32,000 nucleotides of DNA from Candidatus Methylomirabilis limnetica (GCF_003044035.1 NZ_NVQC01000023.1:109301-141300); one strand, 5' to 3'. Numbered from the stretch's first letter, positions 8,702 to 17,299 are shown. A program made the numbers and translations. The notes: generated by a model from the sequence alone, not told the origin.

Positions 8702-9385
8702 ATGTTTGTGCTGATCGCCGGCGGAGGCCGAACTGCTTCACACCTGGCCACCCTCTTGCTGGCTCGCCAGCACGAGGTCCGACTTATCGAGCACCGACGG
8801 GACGTCCTCTCACGTCTTCACCACGAGTTGCCCACCGAGGTGATCTACGAAGGCAACCCCACCGATCCACAAGTATTGGAACGGGCCGATATCCGTCGGG
8901 CGAAGGTGTTAGCTGCGTGCACCTCTTCCGATGAAGATAATCTCTCGCTCTGCTTCTTTGCCCGCACCCTCTATCGGGTGCCCCGTACTATCGGCTGGAT
9001 CAACAATCCCCGCACCGCTTGGCTCTTCGACGAGAAGTTCCACGTAGACGTGGCCCTCAACCAGGCGCAGATCTTTAGCAGTCTGATCGAAGAAGAGATG
9101 TCGCTCGGCGATATGATGACACTGCTCAAATTGCGGAGGGGCCGCTATTCCCTGGTAGAGGAGAAGATCCCCCCGGGCGCCCGCGCTCTGGGTATCGCTA
9201 TCAAGGACCTGCGCTTGCCGCCGGATTCGGTGATCGCCACCATCATCCGGGACGGGCAGCTCCTCATTCCGCGCGGGGATACCCGATTTGAAGTTGGGGA
9301 TGAGGTGCTCGCGATTGCAGATCATGAAGGCACCGAAGAGCTCGCCGGCCTGTTCGGCCGACCGGATGCGCAACAGAAGACGTAA
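8702..9385 (+). CDS. trkA: TrkA/RCK-domain potassium-transport regulatory protein, second paralog
   Basis: VLIAGGGRTASHLA Rossmann motif and C-terminal EVGDEVLAIAD (TrkA-C). Its TAA stop (9383-9385) lies inside the MITE terminus GTAACTAC. Confidence 0.85.
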   Translation: MFVLIAGGGRTASHLATLLLARQHEVRLIEHRRDVLSRLHHELPTEVIYEGNPTDPQVLERADIRRAKVLAACTSSDEDNLSLCFFARTLYRVPRTIGWINNPRTAWLFDEKFHVDVALNQAQIFSSLIEEEMSLGDMMTLLKLRRGRYSLVEEKIPPGARALGIAIKDLRLPPDSVIATIIRDGQLLIPRGDTRFEVGDEVLAIADHEGTEELAGLFGRPDAQQKT

Positions 9386-9429
9386 CTACTTAGGCGTTTA
9401 GACTGAAGGCTGAAGACTGAAGGTTATAC
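9382..9429. repeat. MITE-like element, left (GTTTAG) end only
   Basis: GTAACTACTTAGGCGTTTAGACTGAAGGCTGAAGACTGAAGGTTATA. Homology to the other copies stops at about 9429. Confidence 0.7.
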
Positions 9430-9679
9430 ATTCAAACGATAGTTGCTCTGAAGTATCAGCCTCAACATACGGCCCTTCGTTTTTCGACTTAAAGGCCATC
9501 GTTTCATAGTAACGCCCACCTGCGCCAATAGTGTCTAGTGCCTCCTTACTGCGGAACGCACCAACCGTCGAGACAACAATCCCTTCCTTTCCGTTTTCCA
9601 GTAGAGTGTTGCGCCTAAACATGCAGCGAGACGCACAAATAAAGTGTCCTGCCCACCCTCTTTCAGTTCTCTTTACCAT
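9398..9679 (-). CDS. Small hypothetical protein (phage-like, Cys-containing)
   Basis: The ATG at 9679 is preceded by GGAGGA. The protein reads MVKRTERGWAGHFICASRCMFRRNTLL..VSTVGAF..GGRYYETMAF. The last 7 codons and the stop are supplied by the MITE end (..FSLQPSV*). Local GC is low. Confidence 0.5.
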   Translation of the reverse strand: MVKRTERGWAGHFICASRCMFRRNTLLENGKEGIVVSTVGAFRSKEALDTIGAGGRYYETMAFKSKNEGPYVEADTSEQLSFECITFSLQPSV

Positions 9680-9746
9680 TGTGTCCTCCAATCGCGCCCT
9701 CGTGTACAGGCGTCTCCATCACCTCACCCCCGCTCTCAGTAGCCCC

Positions 9747-10094
9747 TTACTCCCTCCCCCAACACTCCCCCAATTCTCCTCCCACACCACCCCCCTCCAA
9801 CACCCAGCTAAGCTCTATCACCGCCTGCTCCGCCCGTATACAATTCTCACCAGCAGCTCTGCCCTCGCGTAGCTCGTGATCAAATCTTTCTCGATACCAG
9901 GCGAGTCGTGCGCGTATCTCCTGCTCAGTTCTCAGAGCCAAAAGCCGTTTGAAAGTGTAGATGAGAAGTGATATGAAAAATATGAGTAACCAATACTCGT
10001 CTACCCAGCGTCCCAACCACGTGTCAAAAACGTATTCCCTTAAGAAGAACTCAATAGCTTGAGTGCCAGCGTAAATAGCCTCAATGATGGTCAT
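9747..10094 (-). CDS. Small hypothetical protein with one TM helix
   Basis: The ATG at 10094 follows GGGGGTGAGGTGA. TM segment YWLLIFFISLLIYTF. The Gly-rich C-terminal tail may be over-extended. Low-GC segment. Confidence 0.4.
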   Translation of the reverse strand: MTIIEAIYAGTQAIEFFLREYVFDTWLGRWVDEYWLLIFFISLLIYTFKRLLALRTEQEIRARLAWYRERFDHELREGRAAGENCIRAEQAVIELSWVLEGGGVGGELGECWGRE

Positions 10095-10236
10095 GGCGTC
10101 ACCTCACCCCCGCTTTCACTAACCATCGCCCACGCTTAACCTGCGTCACCCCTCGTGCCTGCCGCGCCTGTAGCTGCTTGAGTGATAGCGCCATAGCATG
10201 AGCCTCACATAAGCTCGCAAGACGCGAATCAAGTCA

Positions 10237-10382
10237 ATGAACTACCCCGCAGCAAGCTGCTTCGGTATCGTCTTCTGTTCTGGCCCGTCATTCCGTGCTT
10301 GACACGGAATCCAGCCGGGCCCTCTGGATACCGGCTTCCACCGGTATGACGAACTCGCGGCAAGCCGCGGGGAATGAACCCC
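10237..10382 (+). repeat. Hairpin-rich repeat family R2, copy b (long form)
   Basis: ATGAACTACCCCGCAGCAAGCTGC..GTCATTCCGTGCTTGACACGGAATCCAG..GGATACCGGCTTCCACCGGTATGACGAACTCGCGGCAAGCCGCGGGGAATGAACCCC. Nearly identical to the reverse complement of 30065-30208. Confidence 0.8.
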
Positions 10383-10386
10383 AGTA

Positions 10387-10478
10387 GATTCAAGACCTTC
10401 TCGGTAACTCTTCTTTCGGAAACCCTGTGATTACCCCTAACAGCCTTCAGCCTTCAGCCTATCTACCTTGTAGTTAAC
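10387..10478. repeat. MITE-like element, right half only (core A plus AGATAG end), fused to R2 copy b
   Basis: GATTCAAGACCTTCTCGG...CCCCTAACAGCCTTCAGCCTTCAGCCTATCTACCTTGTAGTTAAC. The junction with R2 is the same as at 2340/2345. Confidence 0.75.
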
Positions 10479-11250
10479 AGCCCAGTCGATCGAGGAAGGC
10501 TTCAATGCCTCGGTTCACCTCGTCCGGCTGCTCCATCATGACCATGTGGCTGGCAGCGGGAACGAGTTGAAGCTGCGATCCGTTGATCTGGCTATGCAGA
10601 TACTCGGCGTATTTGGGTGGCGTCACCAGGTCGTCGGTCCCGCAGATCACAAGCGCTGGAATGGAGACCGCCTTCACCTGCTCCATGAGATCAAAGGCAT
10701 CGCACGCCAGAAGGTCTCCCTCGATCACTGGGATCGAGATGCGCAGCATAGCGTCGGCATCCTGCTTCAGCACCTCCGCCGGGGTGCCTGGCGCGTGCAC
10801 CAATTTGATTATCAGATCGACCGCTCGCCCTGCGTCGTCTCGAAGTCCCGCGAGGATCTGCGGCTGCACCCGCAGCCTTACTCCGCTCCCTACCAGCACA
10901 ATCGCCGCAAGCAGCTCAGGGTAGGCCAAGGCAATACTCTGGGTAATCGCCCCGCCCATCGAGTGGCCCACCATGACGATTCGATCAAGACCCAAGGCCG
11001 CGATACACCCCTTGACGATGTCGCGGTAGGCCTCGATCCGATCGGCTCCGCTCCCGTTCGAATCGCCATGCCCAGGGAGGTCCACGGCGATGGCCTTCCG
11101 CCGCCGTCCCAACGACTTGAGCTGCTGGAGCCACACCTGATGGCTCCCACCCGCCCCGTGGATGAAGACGATCGGTGACAGATGGCTCGCCAGACTTGGA
11201 CCTTGTTCAACGAAGTGGATACGAGTGCGCCCAACCTGTACGTACGGCAC
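10474..11250 (-). CDS. Alpha/beta-fold hydrolase
   Basis: IVFIHGAGGS, nucleophile elbow VGHSMGG, and C-terminal ASHMVMMEQPDEV (catalytic His region). The TAA stop (10474-10476) lies inside the MITE terminus. Confidence 0.85.
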   Translation of the reverse strand: MPYVQVGRTRIHFVEQGPSLASHLSPIVFIHGAGGSHQVWLQQLKSLGRRRKAIAVDLPGHGDSNGSGADRIEAYRDIVKGCIAALGLDRIVMVGHSMGGAITQSIALAYPELLAAIVLVGSGVRLRVQPQILAGLRDDAGRAVDLIIKLVHAPGTPAEVLKQDADAMLRISIPVIEGDLLACDAFDLMEQVKAVSIPALVICGTDDLVTPPKYAEYLHSQINGSQLQLVPAASHMVMMEQPDEVNRGIEAFLDRLGC

Positions 11251-11259
11251 GTCCCGCCT

Positions 11260-12258
11260 CTACGTCTCTTCAGATTTCAACGCCCTGCTCAGGAGACTCA
11301 CCACCGCCTCCCGGGGCGATCGATGCTCGAAGAATACGGCATAGCTTTCCCGGCAGATTGGCATGTCTACGGAGAAGCGCTGCGCAAGCTCGACCGCAGC
11401 CTTCGAGGCATTGACCCCTTCCTTCACAGTCGGGCTACGCTGTAGCAGCTCGGAGAGCGCCGCACCCTTGCCCAGCGCCAGCCCAAGTTGCCGGTTTCGC
11501 GAGAGGTCCCCGGTACATGTCAGCACGAGGTCCCCAAGCCCAGCCAGCCCGGCGAATGTCTCGGCGCGCGCGCCCATCGCGACGCCCAGCCGGGTCATTT
11601 CGCGTAACCCCCTTGTGATGAGAGCAGCCACCGCATTGTGCCCCAGTCCAAGACCGTCCACTATCCCAGCGGCGATGGCAATCACGTTCTTGATCGCCCC
11701 CCCCAACTCCACGCCCAACGGATCGCTCCCGGCATACACGCGAAAGGTTGGGGTGCTCAGCAAGTCCTGAACCCGTAAAGCCGCTTCCGCCTCCTCAGAC
11801 GCCGCGACCGCCGCCGTTGGCAGTCCTCCGCTCACCTCCTTCGCGAAGGTGGGACCTGAGAGCACGGCCACCGTCCTCAAGTGGGGAGCGACGTCATGCA
11901 TGACCTGAGATATGGTCATGCAACTAATTGGTTCTAGCCCCTTTGTTGCGCTTACCAAAACCGTAGATGGATCAACGAACGGAAGTAGGTTTGTAAACAC
12001 CGAACGGAACACATGAGAAGGAGTGACCAGCAGAAGGGCCGAGCAGCCTCGGGCGACCTCAGTGAGTGAAGCCGTGATCTCAAGCGCCGCTGGCAGTTTA
12101 ACCCCCGGCAGATAGAGGCTGTTCTCGCGCTCCCTCGCCATTGTCACGGCGAGATCACGCTCATGGACCCAGAGGCTGACCGAGTGCCCTTTCTCGGCTA
12201 ACAGCTTGGCGAGCGTGGTCCCCCAGGCTCCGGCTCCGACGACGCCGATCCGCTCCAT
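11260..12258 (-). CDS. gpsA: NAD(P)H-dependent glycerol-3-phosphate dehydrogenase
   Basis: MERIGVVGAGAWGTTLA (Rossmann), GAIKNVIAIAAG, TCTGDLSRNRQLG. The ATG at 12258 is preferred; the track start at 12312 would overlap lgt. Confidence 0.9.
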   Translation of the reverse strand: MERIGVVGAGAWGTTLAKLLAEKGHSVSLWVHERDLAVTMARERENSLYLPGVKLPAALEITASLTEVARGCSALLLVTPSHVFRSVFTNLLPFVDPSTVLVSATKGLEPISCMTISQVMHDVAPHLRTVAVLSGPTFAKEVSGGLPTAAVAASEEAEAALRVQDLLSTPTFRVYAGSDPLGVELGGAIKNVIAIAAGIVDGLGLGHNAVAALITRGLREMTRLGVAMGARAETFAGLAGLGDLVLTCTGDLSRNRQLGLALGKGAALSELLQRSPTVKEGVNASKAAVELAQRFSVDMPICRESYAVFFEHRSPREAVVSLLSRALKSEET

Positions 12259-12277
12259 CACCCTGCTCCTATCCGCG

Positions 12278-13060
12278 CTAAAACCGCTTGGAAGCAACAC
12301 GCAACCAGGCAAGTCCGGTAAGAGAGAGGGCGATCAAGCCGAGGCTCATAACCTGCGCCGCGCGTAAGGGCCCCAGCATCAGACTGTCGATGCGGAGCCC
12401 TTCGACGAAGAATCGGCCGATAGAGTACAACCCCACGTAACAGAGCAGCAGCGCGCCAGGGGTCCGCTCTAGCCGCCGGCAAAGCACGAGGTAGAGAATC
12501 GCGAAGACCAGGAGGTTCCACAACGATTCGTACAGGAACGTCGGATGGAAATACTCGAAGGCGGCCAGATCGGGCGGCCGGTGGTACGGCTCGATGTAAA
12601 GCTTCCACGGCAGATCGGTCGGGATCCCAAAGGCCTCCTGATTGAAAAAGTTTCCCCACCGACCAATCGCCTGCCCGAGCGGAAGCGAAGTGGCCATGAT
12701 ATCCATGTAGGTCAGCGCGGGCAGCTTCTTCCGGACGGTATAGATGGCCGTAGCCAGTGCCCCAGCCAGGAGACCGCCGTGTATGGCGAGCCCCCCCTCC
12801 CACACCGCCAGGATCTTCAGCGGCCTCGTGCCGTAATAACCCCAATTGAACAGAACGTAGTATAGCCGCGCGCCTAGTAAGCCCCACATCACGCCGCACA
12901 CGATAACGTTGAGGAGCTGATCAGGATCCTCCCCCCGGCGGATCGCCTCGCGGTTCGCAAGTGTGGTCCCCAGCAGGACAGCGGTGGCGAAGAGCAGGCC
13001 ATACCAACGAATGGAAAGCGGGCCGATCTGCATGACAAATGGACCAGGCGATGCGAACAT
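12278..13060 (-). CDS. lgt: Prolipoprotein diacylglyceryl transferase
   Basis: IRWYGLLFA, GGLAIHGGLL and the Lgt signature GRWGNFFNQEAFG. Multi-TM protein of 260 aa. Confidence 0.9.
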   Translation of the reverse strand: MFASPGPFVMQIGPLSIRWYGLLFATAVLLGTTLANREAIRRGEDPDQLLNVIVCGVMWGLLGARLYYVLFNWGYYGTRPLKILAVWEGGLAIHGGLLAGALATAIYTVRKKLPALTYMDIMATSLPLGQAIGRWGNFFNQEAFGIPTDLPWKLYIEPYHRPPDLAAFEYFHPTFLYESLWNLLVFAILYLVLCRRLERTPGALLLCYVGLYSIGRFFVEGLRIDSLMLGPLRAAQVMSLGLIALSLTGLAWLRVASKRF

Positions 13061-13114
13061 TCAGACCTCAGTAGGGGTTGGCGTCAGATTTCTCAGCGGG
13101 TTACGTTCGGGCTC

Positions 13115-13142
13115 ACTCTAGCCAAAAATCGAGTGAAGTCAA
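13115..13142 (-). promoter_or_regulatory. Putative sigma70-type promoter of lgt-gpsA
   Basis: On the minus strand: TTGACT (13142-13137), a 16-nt spacer, TAGAGT (13120-13115), about 50 nt upstream of the lgt ATG. A paralogous copy lies at 24806-24833. Confidence 0.4.
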
Positions 13143-13303
13143 GGTAAATTTCGGCACGCGGAGCGCTTCCTCCGCCGCTTGTTCTTCCGGGCCACCCACA
13201 GCCGCTTGGCGCCGATGCGGGAGGCCGCCTACACCATCAAGACGCATTGGACAGGAGTGCTCCGCGCTTTACCGAATCTTCTCCCCCGGGAGACTCGATC
13301 ATT

Positions 13304-15160
13304 CTACACATACGCATTGGCGGCATACTGTTGGACCATCCGGTGCGTGTTGAAAAACGACGCATTAAACGCGATCGTTTGCCGCATGATATCGAGCCAT
13401 CTGTCCCGGTCCCGGTAAAACATCGGGACGATCACCGTTCGCAGCTTGTGATACAGCTCCTGAGCATCTCGGCCGTTCACCGAATCCGAATCAGAGTGAT
13501 TCGTGAGACCAGGCCCGATAGACCATCCCGTCACACCCTCGATATGACCCTCAATCCACCAGCCATCGAGAACGCTGAAGCTTGGGACCCCGTTGTGAGC
13601 AGCTTTCATGCCCGAGGTGCCGGAGGCCTCCAGCGGACGCAAGGGGGTGTTCAACCAGAGGTCTACACCGGAGGTAAGCAGCCTGCCAAGCTCCATGTCG
13701 TAATTCTCAAGATAGGCGATTGAGATCTGATCCTTCAGTTGCCGTGCAAAATGAAACACTCGCCGAATCAGGTCCTTCCCAGGCTCATCCTTCGGATGCG
13801 ATTTCCCCGCAAAGACGAGTTGGATCGGGCCGACGGTGCCGGCGATCTCCATTAATTTACCGGGATCGGAAAATACCAGATCGGTCCGCTTGTATAGCGT
13901 CGCGCGTCGGGCAAACCCGATGGTGAGCACGTCAGGCTTCAAAGCCATCCCGGTCCGCCGATGCACCTCCTCGATCAACCGCCCCTTGGCCTCAACGTGG
14001 GCCTCCCATATCTCGCTCTTCGGGATGCTGATGGCGTACCGGAGCGAGAAAGAATCATTGACCCATCCGGCGATGTGACGATCGTAGAGCTTCTTAAAGC
14101 TATCGCAGGTCCAGGTGAATGAATGAACTCCATTGGTGATGGAATCGATAGAATAGCCTGGAAACATCTCTTGTGAGACTTCTCCGTGCTTCTTCGCTAC
14201 TCCGTTTACGTACTGGCTCAGGTTCAGCGCGAGAAGCGTCATGTTCAGGCGTTCCCCGCCCCCCAGCATCCGCATGAGCTCCAGCGGCACAGGTTCCCCG
14301 AGAACGCTCTTCACCAGGTCATACGAGAACTGATCGTGACCGGCCGGGACGGGTGTGTGCGTTGTGAAGACACAGCGGCTTCTGACACTATCGAAATCCC
14401 ACGCGTGAGGAGCACTCTCCCGCTGCTCTCGCAACAGCTCCAGAGTCAGGAGACTGGCATGGCCTTCGTTCAGGTGAAATCTTTGTAGTTGCGTGTACCC
14501 GAGCGCTCGGAGCATCCGGACGCCTCCCATGCCCAGGATGATCTCCTGAGCCAGGCGGTATCGTTCGTCCCCACCGTAGAGAGAAGCGGTCAACTCCCGG
14601 TCAGGGGGCGTATTCTCATCGACGTTTGTGTCCAGAAGGATCAAGGGAACCGAATATCCAGTATAGCCTGTAATGTCATACTGCCAGGCCCTGACGACCA
14701 CGGACCGGTTTTCAATCGGCACTTGAACGGTGACCGGAAGCAGGCGCACATAGCGGGAAGGCTCCCATCCAACCGGGAGTTCTTGCTGGTTCCCCCATTC
14801 GTCCAGTTTTTGATCGAAGTACCCCTTGGCATACAGGAGGCTTACAGCCACAGTCGGAATCGTGATATCGGCGCAGGACCTCAGGGTGTCCCCCGCCAGC
14901 ACTCCTAAGCCGCCGCTGTACGTCGGCATACGGGGATCCACGGCCACCTCCATCGAAAAGTAGGCAATCCGTCGAGTGGTGTCGGCATCGCCCGGGGTGC
15001 TAGCTGGAGTTGCTGCGGCATACTTTTCGGGATCGGCCAGGAAGGTCCGCTTGCAGAGATCAGAGCAGAAGGCGTACGCCTTACTCTGGTGGAAGACTAT
15101 GAAGCCCTCCTCGGCACGGGCCACCATCCCACACACCGGGTCTTTGTCGACATTCGCCAC
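13304..15160 (-). CDS. Alpha-glucan phosphorylase (GT35, short bacterial/archaeal type) with an N-terminal YHS metal-binding domain
   Basis: The N-terminus DKDPVCGM..YAFCSDLCKRTFLADPEKY is a YHS/TRASH-type motif. It is followed by IAYFSMEVA..YSGGLGVLAGD and the PLP-lysine region ASGTSGMKAAHNG. GTG start at 15160 after GGGGGTGA. Confidence 0.85.
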   Translation of the reverse strand: MANVDKDPVCGMVARAEEGFIVFHQSKAYAFCSDLCKRTFLADPEKYAAATPASTPGDADTTRRIAYFSMEVAVDPRMPTYSGGLGVLAGDTLRSCADITIPTVAVSLLYAKGYFDQKLDEWGNQQELPVGWEPSRYVRLLPVTVQVPIENRSVVVRAWQYDITGYTGYSVPLILLDTNVDENTPPDRELTASLYGGDERYRLAQEIILGMGGVRMLRALGYTQLQRFHLNEGHASLLTLELLREQRESAPHAWDFDSVRSRCVFTTHTPVPAGHDQFSYDLVKSVLGEPVPLELMRMLGGGERLNMTLLALNLSQYVNGVAKKHGEVSQEMFPGYSIDSITNGVHSFTWTCDSFKKLYDRHIAGWVNDSFSLRYAISIPKSEIWEAHVEAKGRLIEEVHRRTGMALKPDVLTIGFARRATLYKRTDLVFSDPGKLMEIAGTVGPIQLVFAGKSHPKDEPGKDLIRRVFHFARQLKDQISIAYLENYDMELGRLLTSGVDLWLNTPLRPLEASGTSGMKAAHNGVPSFSVLDGWWIEGHIEGVTGWSIGPGLTNHSDSDSVNGRDAQELYHKLRTVIVPMFYRDRDRWLDIMRQTIAFNASFFNTHRMVQQYAANAYV

Positions 15161-15229
15161 AGGATCACCCCCTTTTGGGCTGGTCTGGATCGCTTGAAAG
15201 AACCGATTCGTCGCCGAAGCTGCGCCCGG

Positions 15230-15820
15230 TCATGACCCAGGGGCAGGGGCAAAGGCGGCCTCGAGCTGCGCCAGGACAGCGGCCTCGGCATTCGAAACCT
15301 TTGAACCTATGCCGAACACGCCGCCGCTCGCGCTGGCCACCGTACGCGCTCGTTCCAACAAGCCTGCCTTAAGGCGAGCGGCTCCATCAGGCCCGAGATG
15401 CTCGCACATCCCCTGGACCAGGTACGTCCATGCAGTGAGGAGCTTGGGGTCCGGTCGGCGATCGAGCCAAGCTTCTAGCAAGGCATACTCGGTGGATCCG
15501 CGGGCGACTCCCGAGTCGCCCGCACGGTCGAGGATCGCGCGGCGCTCCTTGGCATCGAGCGTGCCATCGGCCCATGCCACCTCGACGAGCGGGACGATTA
15601 ATAGCGCAGTGACCGTCTCTGCCCGGATCCCCAACGCCATCAACCTGTCGAGAACCGCAGGCTTGGTGATGCCCGTGGCCTTGGCGAGGGCCTCCCGGGT
15701 CGTCTCGGCGACCTTCAGCTCGTTCAGCCGCTCGATCAGCCGCTGGTCCTCGCGGTGGAAGAATTCGTCCTCGAGATCCCGCCCGCGATCCCGCAGGCTC
15801 TCCGGCTCCTGTAGCGTCAT
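15230..15820 (-). CDS. TerB-like (tellurite-resistance TerB / DjlA N-domain family) protein
   Basis: Helical protein with the VEVAWADGTLDAKER motif typical of TerB-like domains. Confidence 0.6.
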   Translation of the reverse strand: MTLQEPESLRDRGRDLEDEFFHREDQRLIERLNELKVAETTREALAKATGITKPAVLDRLMALGIRAETVTALLIVPLVEVAWADGTLDAKERRAILDRAGDSGVARGSTEYALLEAWLDRRPDPKLLTAWTYLVQGMCEHLGPDGAARLKAGLLERARTVASASGGVFGIGSKVSNAEAAVLAQLEAAFAPAPGS

Positions 15821-15850
15821 CGGTCTTCCCTCCCTGTTTCTCGCGAGTCC

Positions 15851-17299
15851 CTACTTCACCTCATCGACTACGATCATGTTGTGTCCGGTGGCGGTCCAAT
15901 GGGTGCTCGCAACGAGTACGACCCGGTCTCCAGGACGAAGCAAGTCTCGTTCGCGAGCCCAGTCAGTCACGCGCCTCAGCAGTTCGCCGCTGTCGTGGGC
16001 TTCTGAAAAGTGGAGCGGGGTTACGCCCCAGTATAGGCTCATGCGACGAACAGTGGCTTCGTGATGACTGATGCCCAGAACCGGGGTGCGGCTGCGTTGC
16101 TTCGACAGCAACAGGGCGGTGTTGCCGTCCCGGGTGGCCACGAGCACAAGCGTGGCCCGGATCTCCTCCGCAAGACGGCTCGTCGCCTCGACGATGCCGT
16201 CGATGATCGACGACGCAGCCTTGGGCGAGCGAACTCCTGGCTCTGGGCCGACCAATGGCTCGATCATCGGCTCCGTTTCGCGCGCGATGGACCCCATCAT
16301 CGCCACGGCCTCCACCGGATAGTGGCCGATCGCGGTCTCAGCAGAGAGCATGAGGGCGTCGGAGCCGTCGAGGATAGCGTTCGCCACGTCAGTGGCCTCC
16401 GCACGAGTGGGCAGCCGACTCGACCGCATGCTCTCGAGCATGTGTGTTGCGGTGATGACAGGGACTCGCGCTTGCCGGCATCGCCGGATGATCTGCTTCT
16501 GCACTCCGGCGATCCGCGCGATGTCGATCTCAACGCCGAGGTCCCCGCGCGCCACCATGATGGCGTCGGCCTCGTGGATGATCTCGTCCAGGGCCTCGAC
16601 CGCCTCGGCCCTCTCTATCTTTGCTACGATCCGGGCGCCGGAGTCGAGGCGCCGGAGCTCGTCACGCAGCTCGCGCACGTCCTCCGGGCGGCGGACGAAG
16701 CTGAGACCGAAGAAGTCGACGGAATGCCCGGCCGCCCAGCGCACGTCGCCATAGTCCTTCTCGGTGAGCGCTCCACCCGGCAACTGGACGCCCGGCACAT
16801 TGATGCCGGCGCCCGAGCGAATCTCGCCGGGCTGGACGACACGGCAGACGACGGCGCCTTCCTGCTTCTCTTCGACCCGCATCGAGACCAGGCCGTCGAC
16901 CAACAATACCACGTCCCCGACCTCCAACTGTTGAACCAGCGCGCGGTGGCTCGACGTCAGATCATTTGGCCCGCGCGCCGCCGCTGGGTAGACGACGATG
17001 CGGAACCGGTGGCCAATCTCACAATTCACGCTCCCGCCGGCGATCGGCCCCAGCCGAATTTTCGGCCCGCCCAAGTCAGCCAGAATGGCCAGCGGACGAT
17101 CGAGATCCTCGCTGACCCGACGAATCCGTCCGATGACGGCTTCATGCCAGTCACGCCGGCCGTGGGCCATATTGAGCCGGAACAGGGCGACGCCGGCCTC
17201 GACGAGTTGAGTCAATCGCTCGACCGTTTCACTCGCCGGACCGATGGTCGCGACAATCTTGGTCTTTGTGCTGATAAGGGGCTTGGCGGTCAGGCTCAC
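15851..17299 (-). CDS. pyk: Pyruvate kinase
   Basis: TKIVATIGPAS, IMVARGDLGVEI, and LDGSDALMLSAETAIG. Confidence 0.92.
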   Translation of the reverse strand: MSLTAKPLISTKTKIVATIGPASETVERLTQLVEAGVALFRLNMAHGRRDWHEAVIGRIRRVSEDLDRPLAILADLGGPKIRLGPIAGGSVNCEIGHRFRIVVYPAAARGPNDLTSSHRALVQQLEVGDVVLLVDGLVSMRVEEKQEGAVVCRVVQPGEIRSGAGINVPGVQLPGGALTEKDYGDVRWAAGHSVDFFGLSFVRRPEDVRELRDELRRLDSGARIVAKIERAEAVEALDEIIHEADAIMVARGDLGVEIDIARIAGVQKQIIRRCRQARVPVITATHMLESMRSSRLPTRAEATDVANAILDGSDALMLSAETAIGHYPVEAVAMMGSIARETEPMIEPLVGPEPGVRSPKAASSIIDGIVEATSRLAEEIRATLVLVATRDGNTALLLSKQRSRTPVLGISHHEATVRRMSLYWGVTPLHFSEAHDSGELLRRVTDWARERDLLRPGDRVVLVASTHWTATGHNMIVVDEVK

